NCBI GenBank assembly: GCA_002104905.1
Contig: MCFE01000373.1
Location: 20,940 to 84,939 of the forward strand
Length of the DNA: 64,000 nt
Reading direction: 5' to 3'
Source: Basidiobolus meristosporus CBS 931.73
Lineage: Eukaryota; Fungi; Basidiobolomycota
This document shows, one piece after another, positions 10,798 through 24,609 of this stretch. The notes beneath the pieces are model-generated. The model ran no database searches and was not told the DNA's origin. It saw only the letters and a program-made list of their open reading frames with translations. The translations under genes were made by a program, and so were the position numbers. How positions within the stretch are numbered: position 1 is the stretch's first letter; every line of letters begins with the position of its first letter.

Positions 10798-13700
10798 TGC
10801 TGCAAAAATTTGCAATTCCACCTAAATGTTCACCTAACTTAATCACTGAGATCATACCTTCAAATCTTAGAGAATATTGACCAAATTCCTTATTGGGATT
10901 ACTGAGAATATTTTCACCAAAATACCAGGTACATAAAACATGTTAATTCTCAAAGTTGTCCAGACAGCACCAAACCTTGCATACATGTTCTTGGGACCTT
11001 TCTTAGTCTACTCTACATGTTTAAAATGCCAAGACTATGTAAAAGTATGAATATTACTTTTACATTTAATAAACAATTATGTGAGAACCACACAATATAC
11101 TTGTTCTCCCAATCACTTCCAGTATTTCCAAGACTCTTACAACAGGTTATGAGCCCTGAGCTGTCACTCTCTGCAGTGTCTACTACTGCTATTACTAGAA
11201 CTTTTCCCTCTGCTGAAAAGTTGGATGGATCAAACTATCAGGTGTGGAAGGTGAAGATGAAGATGCTGCAACAAGAAAGAGGCCTTTGGGATATTATCAT
11301 GGGAGAAGAATGCCCTCCTAAAAATGTGGGAGAGGAAGCCTTAAAGTACCAGTAGAGAGAACAAAGTGCCTTTAACTGCTTTTGCCTAAATGTTAAAGAC
11401 AAATTGCCGATTCAATGCTCAAGAGCAAATATGGCAAAGGATGCCTGGAAGGCACTAGAAGACACCTACCAGTCATGTTCAGCTGCTAAGAAAGTGTATC
11501 TTAGACAAAAATTCCTTACTAAACAATGCTGCCATGAGAAGAAATGGAAAATCTAACTAACCAAAAACCCTGCTGGTGGATGAGATGGAACTTGTGGGCA
11601 TACCAACTACCAATAAGGATATGAAAGTAACCATCCTGAATAGCCTGACTGATGTGTTTCAGGTCCTTGTATTAGCCCTAGAGTCCAGAACTGAAGAATT
11701 GACCTTAAATTATGTATATGAAAGGCTTCTGGATGAGGAATTAACAAAATCAAGCACCAATAAGAAGGAAGAAGAAAATACTTTAATCAGCAAGGATAAC
11801 CAGCCAAAGGAGGTACCCAAGACCCTACAAAGGCAACAGCAACCTGTTATGCAACTACAGCAAAAGGAAAGGAAGCACATAAGACCAGTGCTTCAAACAG
11901 AGAGATGGCTAGCAGAGAAAGCCTGAATATGGAAATGCTGCAACAACTGAAGATAGACCATTCATATCAGCACTAGATATGGCTACAAAATAGGATTCTT
12001 GGATGTGGTATATTGACTCTGGAGCATCTCAATACTTCACACACCAAAAAGAACTTTTTACCCAATATCAAGAAATTCCAATTAAGAAGGTTTTCATGGG
12101 TGACAATAGAACACTTGATGCTGTGGGAGAAGGAACTATCCAAGTAAACCTTAGAAGCAGTGAAGGAAGCCATACACTGACCTTTAGAGAAGTGCTCTAT
12201 GTACCAGATATAGCCAAGAACCTACTTTCTGTAAGGAAGGCCACTGCAGAAGGACTCAGTTTCAACTTTGACAATTCTGGATGCAAGATCACTGATCAAA
12301 ATGGTGCCCATATTGCTTTGGGTATCTGAGATTGGAATCTATGCAGTAGACTTATATTCCATCATATTTGGAAGCCAATATAAGTAACTTAAATGAAGAA
12401 ACACCAATGCTTTGGCACAGGAGATTTGGGCACATCAATTTAATTATATATTTGTACAAAATGATCAAAGATCAGCTAATTTCCGGAGGACAAGTTGATC
12501 CCCCAGCTGATTTGGAGCACTGTGAGGCCTGCATATATGCAAAACAAGCTAGACAGCTGTTCAAGAGCTCTGGGTTAATCAAAACTAAGAAAAAACTAGA
12601 TCTAATTCACTCAGATCTGTGTGGGCCAATGTCAACTTATCCTTTGGTGGGATGAAGTATTTAATCACTTTTATTGATGAATATACAAGATACATGTGGG
12701 TTTACTTCGTGGAGAGAAAGGAAGAAGCTCTTTCTAAGTTCAAGGAGTTCAAAGCCATGGTGGAGAGAAAAACTAGTGAACAAATCAAGAAAATTTGCTC
12801 TGACAACAGTGGAGAATATACCGCAAACTCTTCATCCACTTCTGCAAAACTCATGGGATAAAGCAAGAGACTACTGTTCCATACTCCCCACAGCAAAACA
12901 GAGTAACAGAATGTGCTAACAGATCAATAATTGATATGGCAAGATCTATGATCCATGATCAAATATTATCCTATGATTTTTGGGCTGAATCAGTTGCCAC
13001 TGCTGTATACCTTAGAAATAGGAGTTACAACAGAATAATTTGTGATCTGACTCCATCTGAAGCATGGTATGGGTAAATACCAAGTGCAGAACATCTAAGA
13101 ATACTTGGTTGTACAGCATATGCCAAGAAACTTCCTTCAAATCTGTCAAAATTTGAGCCAAAAAGTGTAAAATGCATATTTTTTGGTTACTGCAATGAAG
13201 CCCTTTTCACTCCAGAGCACTCTACAACAATGTTTCAGCCAGAATCAATCCCCAGAAATACCCCAGAAGTGATCATTTCAGTATCAAATGCCTGGAGATC
13301 CAATTGGACAAGAAATAGCCCAAATTACTACATCAATGAGGGTACAAACTTAGCCTATGCCTATTCAGTCCATATTGATGAGCCCCAGACTATAAAAGAG
13401 GCCCTAAATTGCCCTCAGACAAAGTCTTGGAGATCTCCAATGACTGCTGAATATCAGGCCCTGATGGAAAATCAAACTTGGGACTTAGTCAAATTACTAA
13501 TCAACCAAAAATCAATTGGATGCATATGGGTCTTTAAGAAAAAATACAAGGCTAATGGTACATTTGAAAGATGCAAAGCAAGACTTGTGGCCATGGATAC
13601 TCTCAAACAAAAGGACTTGACTATACTGTGACCTTTGTACTGGTAGCAAAGTTTAATTCCATCAGATTAATATTGTCTATTGCAGCCAAATATAAGTTTT

Positions 13701-14840
13701 TTATACATTAAGTGGATGTAAAAATTGCTTTTTTGAATGGAGAACATGAGGAGAATGTTTATATGGACCAGCCTGATTGGTCTGCTGACCAAGATACCCC
13801 CCATTTAGTCTGCAAGCTTAGAAAATCTCTATATAGTCTCAAACAATCACCAAGAGCCTGGAATTGTAAGATAGATTCTTATTTGGAATCTTTGAGTTTC
13901 AAAAGGAGTAGTGCTGACTATAGCATATACTATAAGCCAGATAGAGCAAATCCAGTTCTATTAGCTCTGTATGTAGATGACCTTATTATAGCCACCAATA
14001 ACCTATCAATATTAGAAAAGACTAAATCCAGCCTATCTAAAGAGCTCAAGATGTCCAACCTAGGAAAACTCAGTTACTACTAAGAGCTAAAGTTCCCCAT
14101 AGACAGATGTACCTTGACTATTGCCCTAAGCCAATCCAAGTATATTCAAGATATACTAAGGATGTACCAAATGGAAGACTGTTAACTGGGAGCCATCTTA
14201 ATGGAGACAAACCTTAACTTGGTCAAAACCCAACCAAATCAAGAAAGCTTGGTGCCATCTGAAAGCCCTGACTTTCCTTATCAATCAATGGTTGGCAGTC
14301 TGACATTTATAATGCTTAGAACAAGTCCAGATATCTAATATTCAGTGGGAGTTGCCCACCAGAATAATCAGAACTATGGATCTCCTCATATTGCAGCAGT
14401 TAGGTGGATCTTTAAATACCTAAAAGGAGCTGCTGATATTTACTTAAGATACACTTATAAGGATTCAGAACAGAATCTTGTGAGATACTCAGATGATGAT
14501 TGGGGACAAAATCTGGAAGACAGAAGATCCACCACAGGACACACCTTTCTTTACTCTCAAGGAGCAATTTCATGGAATTCAAAACAGCAACCAATTGTAG
14601 CACTTCCCACCACAGAGGCAGAGTACATGGCAGCCTGTGAAGCTACAAAAGAAGCAATGTTGTTAAGAAAGCCTTTTACAGATTTTGGCCTATGTCAAAA
14701 AATGCCTATTACTTTATCTCAAGATAATGAAGGATGTACACAGTTAGGTTCAAATCCAACTTTCATTCCAGAACTGAGTACTTACATATTAGACATCACT
14801 TCATACGTGAAGCTATAAAGAATAACTTGGATCTAATTCA
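10798..14840 (+). mobile_element. Ty1/copia family 1, degenerate copy lacking the 3' LTR
   Basis: 5' LTR 10798-11144, then PBS GGTTATGAGCCC. Broken gag (KLDGSNYQVWKVKM), protease (WYIDSGAS), integrase, RT (LYVDDL) and RNase H fragments are colinear with the copy at 58429. There is an internal deletion of about 200 bp near 13200. Confidence 0.92.
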
Positions 14841-14849
14841 AGATATATT

Positions 14850-15310
14850 TTCCTTCAATGTCAACATATGACTCTCAATGCTTCAGATGTATTTTGGGTA
14901 GAAACTGCTTCAGATGGCTACTTGAATAAATAAACATCAAGTTTATCCCGTTCTTGCATTTGTAGTGTTGCATATACTTATGACTATTGATTGGAGCTTG
15001 GGAGAAATAGCATGGGGAGTGGATACTCCAGAATATCTTGCCAATTCTTTCATATTTCTTCAGCATCTCAAAGGGCTCATTTAGCTTGAAATGCCACATG
15101 TACAACTTGGGCATTAGTGTAGGGATATTGCTGAGGAGTAAATGCATTGCTACCAGTGGAAAGCTTTTTCTCCTACATATTCCCGCTATTTTTAGTACCA
15201 CTGTTCTTGATTAACTGCACTTTCTGGCCAATGGCTTATAGCTTGCCAGCTTTGCTGCATTTGTAGGTTGACTGCTATATGTTCCCTTGATGAGAAGATG
15301 ATGTTCTTAG
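14850..15310 (-). mobile_element. CACTA transposase fragment
   Basis: Nucleotide homolog of 42640-43090. Confidence 0.7.
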
Positions 15311-18300
15311 ATTTGCTGGGCACCGGTTGGGTAGAGTACTTTCATGGAATGGTTCTAGGAGGGATACATGGAATGTATCATGAATTTTCATACTTGGTGG
15401 CAACTGAAGTTGGTACACAATTGCACTAAGTTTCTTCTTGATCTTGAATGGACCTAGTTTCTTGTAGTCTAATTTGTCACAAGGGCAGCTGGTAGCAATG
15501 TTTCTGCTCAAGAGCCATACTAAGTCTCCTTCATCAAGCTTGGGGCTAGGCTGCTGTTTGTTGTCTGCAAACTTCTTGTACCCCTCATGGGCTAAGGATA
15601 GTTCTTGCTTGAGTGTTTCTTGGATTTCTAGAATAATTGACACATGTTCAGCTGCTGGGGGGCTCATAGGGTTGGTTAGGATCTGAATATCAAATTGCAG
15701 ATGAAAACCATAATTTGCATAGAATGGGGTGAGACCTGTTGCATGAAGTGCTTCCAGAATCTTGATATGAACTGGGGCCATCTATCTGATACAACATCAC
15801 TGGAGATACCATGGAGTTGGAAAATATTCTTGATCACTAAGTGGGTAGTCTCCTTAGCATCTATGTTCTTTGAGCAGGGAATGAAGTGAGCCAACTTGGT
15901 GAGCCAATCTGCCATTACTAGGATTGAATTGAATTTGTTGAATTCTGGGAGGTTGGTAATGAAGTCCATTGAAATTGACTTCCAATGCTGGTTGGGGATT
16001 GGCAAGGGTTGGAGTAGTCCATATGGCTAGGGTCTAGCAGATTTTACATGGTTACATATATCACAGGATTGGAGGTACTCCTTGACAAGAGATATCATCT
16101 TGATTATTGTGGCTATGGAACTGGTGGCTTGGCTGGCCTTGACTTTCTCAAGGAGTGAGGGAGCAATAATGCTGGACAACTGGGTGGCAAGGAGCTCAAA
16201 GTGTCTTCTGTTGAGTACCAGGTGTTTCATTTGCTGACAGGCATCATCCCCTTCTTCAAGGGAATACTCCACCTTTCTGGACAGGGCATCAGGCTTTCCC
16301 CGTTTTATTCCTGGTCTATAGGTGATGACAAAGTCAAGGCTGGACAGGACAAGGGACCATCTGGCTTGTCTACGGTTTAGTACTTTTGAGGAGGTAGAGT
16401 ACTCAAGCTTCTTGTTGTCACAGAAGATCTTATCTTTTGGGCTGCACCATCAAGGTAGGACATCCATTGTTCAAAGGCAACAATGACTGCAAGTAGTTCC
16501 TTATCATAGATATTGTAGTTTACTTCAGCTGGAGTAAATTTCTGGGAGTAGAATGCAATAGGGTGTAGAACATTCTTGTCATTGTACTGGGAACAGATTG
16601 CACCAAGTGCAAAGTCAGAGGCATCAGTTTCAGTGATGAAAGGTTTCTCAAGATCAGGGTGAGCAAGCAGGAGAGCCTATAGGAAGGATTTCTTGATGGA
16701 ATTAAAGTGCTTGAGCTGTTCCTCATTCCTGGCAAAGGGCAGATTCTTCTGGGTGAGCTTTGTCAAGGGAGTGACTATCTTGGAGTAGTGGGCAATAAAT
16801 CTACAATAGAAGCTGGCAGATCCAAGGAAGGACTGCACTTCTTTTACATAATAGGGAGTTTTCCACAACTGGATGGCTTCTACTTTCTTGGGGTCCATTC
16901 TTGTTCCATCTGAGCTGATAAGATAACCTAAGAGCTCAACTTCTTTTGGGTCAAACTCACATTTCTCCAATTTGGCATAGTGACCAGCAGTGTCAAGTTT
17001 GGTCAAGACTTTCTTGACATGGGAATTCTGTTCTTCTTGTGTCTTAGAGTAGATCAAGATGTCATCAAGATAGATAACCACAAATTGGTCAAGGAATTCA
17101 CAGAAGATGTCATTCATCAGGTGTTGAAAGACCGCTGGTGCATTGGTGAGACCAAATGCCATAACTTTATACACAAAATGACCATATCTTGTCCTGAATG
17201 CAGTTTTGCATTCATCACCAGGCTTGATCCTGACAAGGTTATATACTCCTCTGAGGTCAATCTTAGTAAATACTTTGGCAGCAGAGAGTCGATCCAGCAG
17301 GGTGTTGATCAGGGGTAAATGGTACTGGTTCTTGATTGTTATCTTATTCAGTGCATGGTAGTCTACACACATTCTTAGGGTACCATTCTTTTTTTTGACA
17401 AAGAGGATTGGGGCACCAGCTGGGGACTTAGAGTGCTGAATAAAACCTTTCTGGTGGTTTTCTTGAATATAGCCATGGAGTTCTTTCAAATCAGATTGCA
17501 AGAGGTTGTAAATAGGACCAAAAGGTGGGGTTCTTCCTACTTCAAGGTCAATGGGACAATCATAGCATCTATGGGCTAGGAGTAGTTTGGCTTTCTTCTT
17601 GTCAAAGACATGGGCAAACTCTTGATATTTGGCAGGTATTCCATTGGAGGGGGTTCCTTCAGTGATGATGGGCTCCTGTATCTGGGATAGCTTAGGAAAG
17701 GATACTCCTTTACCTGAAAAATGAGGTGGTTTCATGGAGTTGACATGGTGGATTCTGGGGAATGTCAGGATTTTGGTCTTCCAGTTATAGCTGGGTTTTG
17801 GTTACTAAGCCATGAGCTTCCAGGGACTACGGAGTAATGGGGAGTGTTGATGATGCCTGGACAAATGACTGGTCAACAAAACAAGAGGAAGCACCAGAAT
17901 CTATGAGGGCAAGGACACAGACAGGGCTGGATTCATGGATGTGGATGTTGACAGGTTTTCTTAAGGACTGGATGGACTTGGTAGGGAATGATATTTCTTG
18001 AATGTGCTGAATTTGCATTGGAGGGTCCAGTTGCAAGCCTGTGATTGTAACTGGACATTGGAGTTTCTCAATAATTCAGGAGAAGATTGCTCACTGGATG
18101 ATTGCAGGAGCTTGAAGCTGGACCTCTTGTTAGGACAAGACTTTGCAATGTGGCCTGGCTGGCCACAGTAAAGGCACAGGTTTGCCTGCTGATGTCTAGA
18201 TCCTTCTTCTTTGGTGAGTTTCTTATATTTAGCACTGTCAATTTGCATAGGATCATCAAGCATGGTAATGGGTGACTGGATTACTGGAGAGGAGGTTGGC

Positions 18301-18902
18301 TGATAAGTATGTTGGAATTTCTGTTTCTTCTGGAAAAGACATCCACAGGTAAGTCAGAAGCAGTCTGATAGAACTGTTATGAATAGACACAAGACAGGAG
18401 GGTAGAGCTAGGCAAGACAGGACCAGGAAAGGACTTAGGTGTGGATCAACAAGGCAAGATGTATTTCCAAGGCAAGGCTGTTTATTCAAGACCTGTGTTT
18501 ATCAGACTGAGGAATAAATAAGGGGGGATAGGAATATAATTACTTTTTGGCAATATGGATGCCAAGAGATATTGGCTAATTCTAATGGGGTTCTGGGGTG
18601 AGGCACAGTAAGTGTGCCAAGATAGAATATACTAAAGAACAGACCAGAATATCACATGGAGATATGTCAGGGGTCAGCTGATCATGTAACTAGGTCATCT
18701 GACATGTAGTTACCATATATGGCATGGGACAACATAAACTCTAATGGGAAACTTCCATAGAATGTTCCATTGTGTAACATTGACTTGGAGCATTCAAGAA
18801 GTTGCTAGAATGCAGTGGAACTCTCTAGACAGAACTGGGATTTCTTCACTGACTTGGTTTAGCTAGATGATTGGAGACCAGGAATGTCATGTGATCATGA
18901 CA
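15311..18902 (-). mobile_element. Ty3/gypsy element A (Tf1/Tf2-like chromovirus type), degenerate and 3'-truncated
   Basis: 5' LTR about 18902-18375 (TGTCATGA...TCATAACA). Gag knuckle CLYCGQPGHIAKSC, protease ALIDSGAS, RT YLDDILIYS (16677-17735), RNase H, integrase (SISMDFIT) and the GPF/HVSLLEP motif are present. The chromodomain itself and the 3' LTR are not present. Confidence 0.92.
18361..18370 (-). promoter_or_regulatory. Self-priming PBS of element A
   Basis: On the minus strand TATCAGACTG follows the LTR and is perfectly complementary to CAGTCTGATA at 18509-18500 inside the LTR, about 28 nt after a TATA-like TTATATT. No tRNA-type TGG is present. Confidence 0.75.
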
Positions 18903-18920
18903 TGTAACATGTCAGAAACA

Positions 18921-19046
18921 TGCATGACACTATCTTGGTCCACTGGTACTATCTGCCACTAAATTTAATTACTAGCCCTAAAGTAAGATCTATACAAAGC
19001 ACTTATAGTGCCAGATAGTACCAATGGACCAAGATAGTGCCATGCA
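18921..19046. repeat. 41-bp inverted repeat with 44-nt spacer
   Basis: 18921-18961 TGCATGACACTATCTTGGTCCACTGGTACTATCTGCCACTA matches the reverse complement of 19006-19046 with 3 mismatches. Confidence 0.85.
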
Positions 19047-19590
19047 TTTTTCTAACATGCTACAAGCCACAGGAGCTAGATTCAGAGTGCCATGGTTATT
19101 GAGTAGCTGATGCATGTACTCAGCTCTTCTGTGCTCCTACACATTGTGCACAACATTGACCTATAAAAAAAGGTCAAAAAATGGATTTTCTCCAACACAA
19201 TGGGTGTAACACAGAGGTGGCTTTGCATGAAGATGCAGAGCTATGTTTCACACTCTCTGTCCAAGTATAGGTCCACTTGGCCTCCCTGATGCACTATGAC
19301 ATCATTTGGCACTCATGGCTCAATGTGGCACCGTCCAATGGAACAACTCTAATATAGTGCCAGATAGTGCCATGCACCTTTGTGGCATATTACAAGCTGC
19401 AAAAGCTAGATGCCTAGTGCCATGGGTATTGAGTACCAGATGCATGTCTTCAGTCCTTCTGTCCTCTTACACATCATGAAAAATATTGATCCCAAAAATA
19501 AGGTCAAAAAATGGACTTGCTCCCACATGATGGGTGAAGCACAAGGGCTGCTTTGCATGCAGCAGCAGAACTATGTTTCTACAATCGTAT
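19006..19590. repeat. Diverged tandem duplication, period about 345 bp
   Basis: Units start TAGTGCCAGATAGT at about 19006 and 19355 and share blocks such as AGTGCCATGG-TATTGAGTA and AGGTCAAAAAATGGA. Confidence 0.75.
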
Positions 19591-22030
19591 GATGGGATCA
19601 TGACGGTGATTTGCTAATTTTACAACCAAATAAAGGTATAAAACTTGACAAGATTTTATTGGTGGTGTGACAATATTTGCATGGTATTGCTGGGGTCATT
19701 TGGTGCTCTGTAACTATTTTAAGTGGATCCAGTTGGCCAGGACTTCCAATTGCCTTATATGGCAAGAAACTTGACGGTATTATGATGGCTTCACAGCAAC
19801 CTCTACAAATGCGCACACCTGCCGCAATTGACATGCTTCTACCACCTCAACTTTATAGCTTTTTAGTGTGATACTTGCAAAGCTGCCATATACCTTGTAC
19901 TGCTGATAACATATACATCTTGCAAGCATATGCTTGGTTATTGCCACTTATGCCATGAATACCTCCTGAATATCCGCAAAGAACTTCTTGGTATTTTGCC
20001 AATATATTCCTTCTACCTGCTGGATTCTAGTTCCCTTTATAGGTGTGCTTGGGCCTTTGTTTTTGTGAGTTCCATATTGAATGGTGTAGAAATTGGCTTG
20101 TGACCATGAAAAATCTGGCATACCTAGGTCAAGTTTTCCCAATAAAAATTAGTTGCTTGTTCCACCCAACCTAACTTTGTACTATTTAACTGATTACCAC
20201 ACATTGAGGCTTCTTAGCTTCTTAATACTGTAGGCATAGGTGTCTCCATGTGCACACTTGTCCTCAGTATTGTCCAACTCTTTTTGGCTGTCCTCCATGT
20301 GCCAACTCATCACATCCATGACAGACACAAAGGTAACATTCTTGATGAGATTGGGGCATGGTAATACCTGCAACTTGACTGGTCTTCATATATCCCTGTT
20401 GTGCATCAACATTTAAAACTTAGCCTACTTCACTCTGTTAGAAAATCTAGTACCCTAACTGATTTTCCCTAACCCAGACATAACTAATCTGTGTTATGGT
20501 TTATTTTTTCACTTCTCAGAATCTATTTTTAGCTGTTAACCTGATCAATTTTCAAGTGGTCATTACTTCCTGAACTCATCTGCTAAGCCTTTCCAAAGGA
20601 TTAGTCATCTGGGATCCATCCAGCCACTTAGTAGTTGCCAAGACATCAGCTGATTAATGATGCAATTTTTCATTTATCTTATGCGCTTATGTAATAATAC
20701 ATACTTTTACACAACAGCATTTACTGTTATCCTGCCAGAAAGCATACAAAACTCATCCAGCAATAGGTACAAGTAGCTATCCAGGTTGGACGGTGATTTA
20801 GGCCCAGATACCAATGAGACTACTATCAGATTATTGCTCTGATACCGTAAGATGGGAGGTAGATTCAGGTTGATGAGAATCAGTGGCCAGCAGGATTTGC
20901 TGGTAGAGTACTTGTTTAATGAGAATCCATGGAGTGCTAAAGCAAAGGCATGGTCATACATACCTTCAAAGTAGCCCTTGCTTCTTAGCTGTTTGTAATG
21001 TTTGCCATCAAATATAATGGATGTGTTTGTGCTTGATTGATACTGAGTGTGGTACTCCATAGCTTTGCAATATATTTTTCACTGCTTCAGCTTCCTCAGT
21101 TGTGGCATGACCAAAATATATCCTGAGTGTGAACAATGTTTTCCCTCAATTGTGGTGGATTCCTGACAATTTGGACATGTTGCAATGGTAGCATTTCCAG
21201 ATGTGAATGCCATGCAACTGTTAACACATGCTGGAATCAGGATAGTCTCTGGCTCATATGTTGCCAGTTGCGTGACAGTTGTCCTCTTGTACCATATACA
21301 TGGTAAGTTGCATTCTGGTATGATTTTGGCAAGAAGTAGTAATAAATCCTTAAAGCCCCCATTACTGATATTAGTGGAGATGTGCCACTTCTCTAGCCAC
21401 AACATTATATCATTCTCCAGTAGATGAATTACTGGGCTCACTTGGCTCCATAAAGCATCCTTTGCATTTGCTTAAATGGGTGTTGTCTCATTGCATATAG
21501 GGATTTGACTGGGCTCATATGTGGTACTGTTGTTAGTGGAGATAGGCTCACAATTAATCAGTGAACCTTCTTTGTCAGAGCCATCACTCTGTGTGCCATA
21601 TTCAGAAGGTGGAGGTGAGCCTAAAGCTGTCACAAACTCACTGGACTCAGTTTGTGCAAGTTGACAAAGATGGCCAGGTGCCAATATAAAAGTATCAACT
21701 GGCTGTCAAGATAATGCTGGTACAGTAGTTACCAATGAATGGTCAAATATGACTTAGGTGGCAAAACACTGGCTATGATCCTTGTAATACTCCTATGCTG
21801 TTTGCATGTTTCATGGCTGAGTGGCTTGTCACAATAGCCACATGGTCTTTTTTCTCTTCTCTTACGGTGTTGAGTCAAAGTAGTCTTGTCCATGGGGCAA
21901 ACAGTTTGACCTTCAACAACGTAATGCTATTATATCACTTTTTGGTCAATACTCATGTGAACTTAAGTCAGTCTTGTATTTGAGACATTGCACCTACATG
22001 AATGTAAAATTCAATGATGATCCGTTTATT
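19590..22030 (-). pseudogene. CACTA/En-Spm (Tnp2 / Transposase_21-type) transposase pseudogene with internal deletion
   Basis: Fragments read FDGKHYKQL...SCWPLILINLNLPPILRYQSNNLIVVSLVSGPKSPSNLDSYL (20707-21060), IPACVNSCMAFT...CPNC (21079-21441) and an N-terminal CGYCDKPLSHETCKQH (about 21800-21860). These match CACTA transposase motifs. Confidence 0.85.
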
Positions 22031-22345
22031 GTGCAGGATGAATCTGGCACTCTACAGCACTATCTGGCAATCTAATTTCTATTTTAATGCCAGTGGTAGG
22101 ATGCGGTTACTGGTATTTTTACTCAATTTTAATTATGTTGCTCACAACAGTGCTTTTCTTGCTTTATTTACTCTAGAGAGCTCTCTAGGGACATTCCTCT
22201 TGGTGCATACCTTCTTTTATGGATATACTGTGCATTAATAAGTATCTTAGCTACTTTGCCTAATATGAGATTTTCTCCTATATATGACCTTCCACTTTAT
22301 TTACTTGCCAATATGCTTAATCTCTTTAGATATCCAAATGTACAC

Positions 22346-23416
22346 TGTAGTGGTGTATAGGTCCAAGGGAGAGATATGCCCAACACTTCTCAGGTGTTTT
22401 GTGTGTGGGGTGTTCACTGGGTGCAATAACCTCTGGCAAAAGCTTGCTAGGAATACTTGGGTTCTGTCTCTAATATCATGTGAAAGGGAATAAAGCCACA
22501 AGCTTGTCAAGGGAAAGCTATTGAGCTACAATCCCCAACTTGGTTGGCATCTTAACAAAAGTATGTGCTGGGTTCAGCGTCCTTTGAGATGACAATCTAC
22601 TAAAGCTTCCAAAGTCAAAACAACTGTAAACTCAACCAGCAGGGACTTGATAAGAATGCAGCTGCGGTCAATAGATACAAAGACAGAAAAGTATTTTTGC
22701 CTGGACAACAACAAACTTGGGAAAGAGTCAAATATAATAAAAGAAACCTACTCTGAGTATTCCTCACAAGTAGTGCCTCCAAGGTCAGTTGGCTGTCAGC
22801 ATGGTTTCCTGGGAGTGTCCTGTGGTCTGGGGTTGGAAGTTCAAGTAGCAGCAGGTAGCAGTGATCACACTAATCAACAAGTTGGTATATTGATAAAAGG
22901 GATGATGATTTATTGTTGAGGGATAGCCTCCCTTATATACTTTTCTTACTGGCTAAGTGATTACTAATCATGATGTTCCAGAAGGTTCCAGATATGAATA
23001 GAAATCTAAATGACATCATAATGACCTAAGAATGTTCTAAGTAGGTGCTGGAAGGTTCTAAGAGGCACAGCACATCCAACCAATCAGGAATCAGTACTCT
23101 GAAACCTGTGTAACATAGGGATACCATATATGGAATGGAAATGGTAGGGATGGTGATGTGGGTTGATCAAGTGTCATGGGTACTAGTGTGGGTACTTGCC
23201 TAATATAGAAGCACTTATAGCTAGTAATCTTACATAAAGTGAGGGATAACTTATGCAATAAGGTAAGCAGATGTGATAGTCAACCAGCTTATGGGATAGT
23301 ACTGATCAGGTAAGACAAATGGGATAAAACTAAAATAAGTGTAGTAGAGATATAGGGAAGTAGAAAATATGGGAATGAGCACATCTGTCAGTGAGTTTCA
23401 CTGTCACCCCACTGCA
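22346..23416 (-). mobile_element. Solo LTR (1071 bp), older relative of the element B LTR
   Basis: TGCAGTGGGG...CACCACTACA on the minus strand with a perfect 4-bp TSD ACAC (22342-22345 / 23417-23420). It shares blocks with 32716-33519, e.g. CAGGTTTCAGA-TACTGATTCCTGATTGGTTG. Confidence 0.85.
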
Positions 23417-24263
23417 ACACTCTACTCTCATTCTGAAATGATCAAATATCTCATTGTAGTGCTTCAGCTTCCTGCTGAGCACACAATTCCTAGGCTTCCT
23501 ATGAGCCATGATACATCCTAATCTCTGACAATCCTCTCCTATATAGGCTAAGTCTGCCATACATTTCTCCCCTCTACAGAATTCAGGATAACTCCCTACA
23601 CAGAGTGCTTTGTCATGCCTACTTCCAGCAAATGATCCACTAAGCCAGATGATGTTATCCTCAATGTCAGACAGTGCTTGGGGCTACACACAATGTGCCT
23701 TGTACTTGCCAGAGTAAATGTGCCTCTGCCTGCTACAAGGTCTGTTAATCCTGACTGGGAACTGTACAAAATGCTCCTGATATGGAACCTGTTGCTGAAT
23801 ACTCTGCAATACGGAAGTCTATTGGAGGTTCTGATCCTAGTATTCCAAGCTTGCTCTAAGTCATTCAGACCCTCATATTTATATGGATATATTTACCCTA
23901 CCTCAGCAATCAGAATATGTTAATTAACTTGCCATGCACTACAATTACACCTCCATCAATTGCCATTTATCCCGTCTTTATATAGCAAAAATCATCTGCA
24001 AGCAATGACTTTGAGATTTTATTGATGATTTACTCTCAAGTCTATAATCAAATGGGAAATCTACAATGATGTGATCAAATCCATGCCAATGAGTTCTAAG
24101 TTGCATCATGCATAATATATGGAAAATTCAACAATTACATCAGTTTTCATACATATTTTATAAAAGACCAGGCTGATGCCAATATACTACTGCATAAGTA
24201 TCCAAATCTATCACTATGAGCCCTATATTGCAGCTCAACTCCTCTGTAGTAGGGCCTGGACAA

Positions 24264-24609
24264 TGTTGCAAGAGTTTTGATGATTTAGGAAGTGATTGGG
24301 AGAACAAGTAGATTATTTGGTTTTCACTCAATGACTTATTCAATATAAAAGTGGTTTTATACTTTTACATGGTCTTGACATAACAAACACATAGAATAAG
24401 TTACAAATGGTCCCAAGAGCATGTGTGCAAAGCTTGGGGCTGTTTGAATAGCTTTGAAGATTTTCATGTTCTATGAACCTGGTATTTTGGTAAACTATTC
24501 TAAGTAAGTCCCAACAAGGAATTTGGTCAGTATTCTCTGGGATTGGAAGGTAATGATCTAAGTGACTAAGTTAAGTGAATATTTAGGTGGATTTACAAGC
24601 TTTACAACA
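24264..24609 (-). mobile_element. Solo LTR of copia family 1
   Basis: Reverse-complement homolog of 58429-58779. Flanks are GACAA/TACAA (5-bp TSD, one mismatch). Confidence 0.85.
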
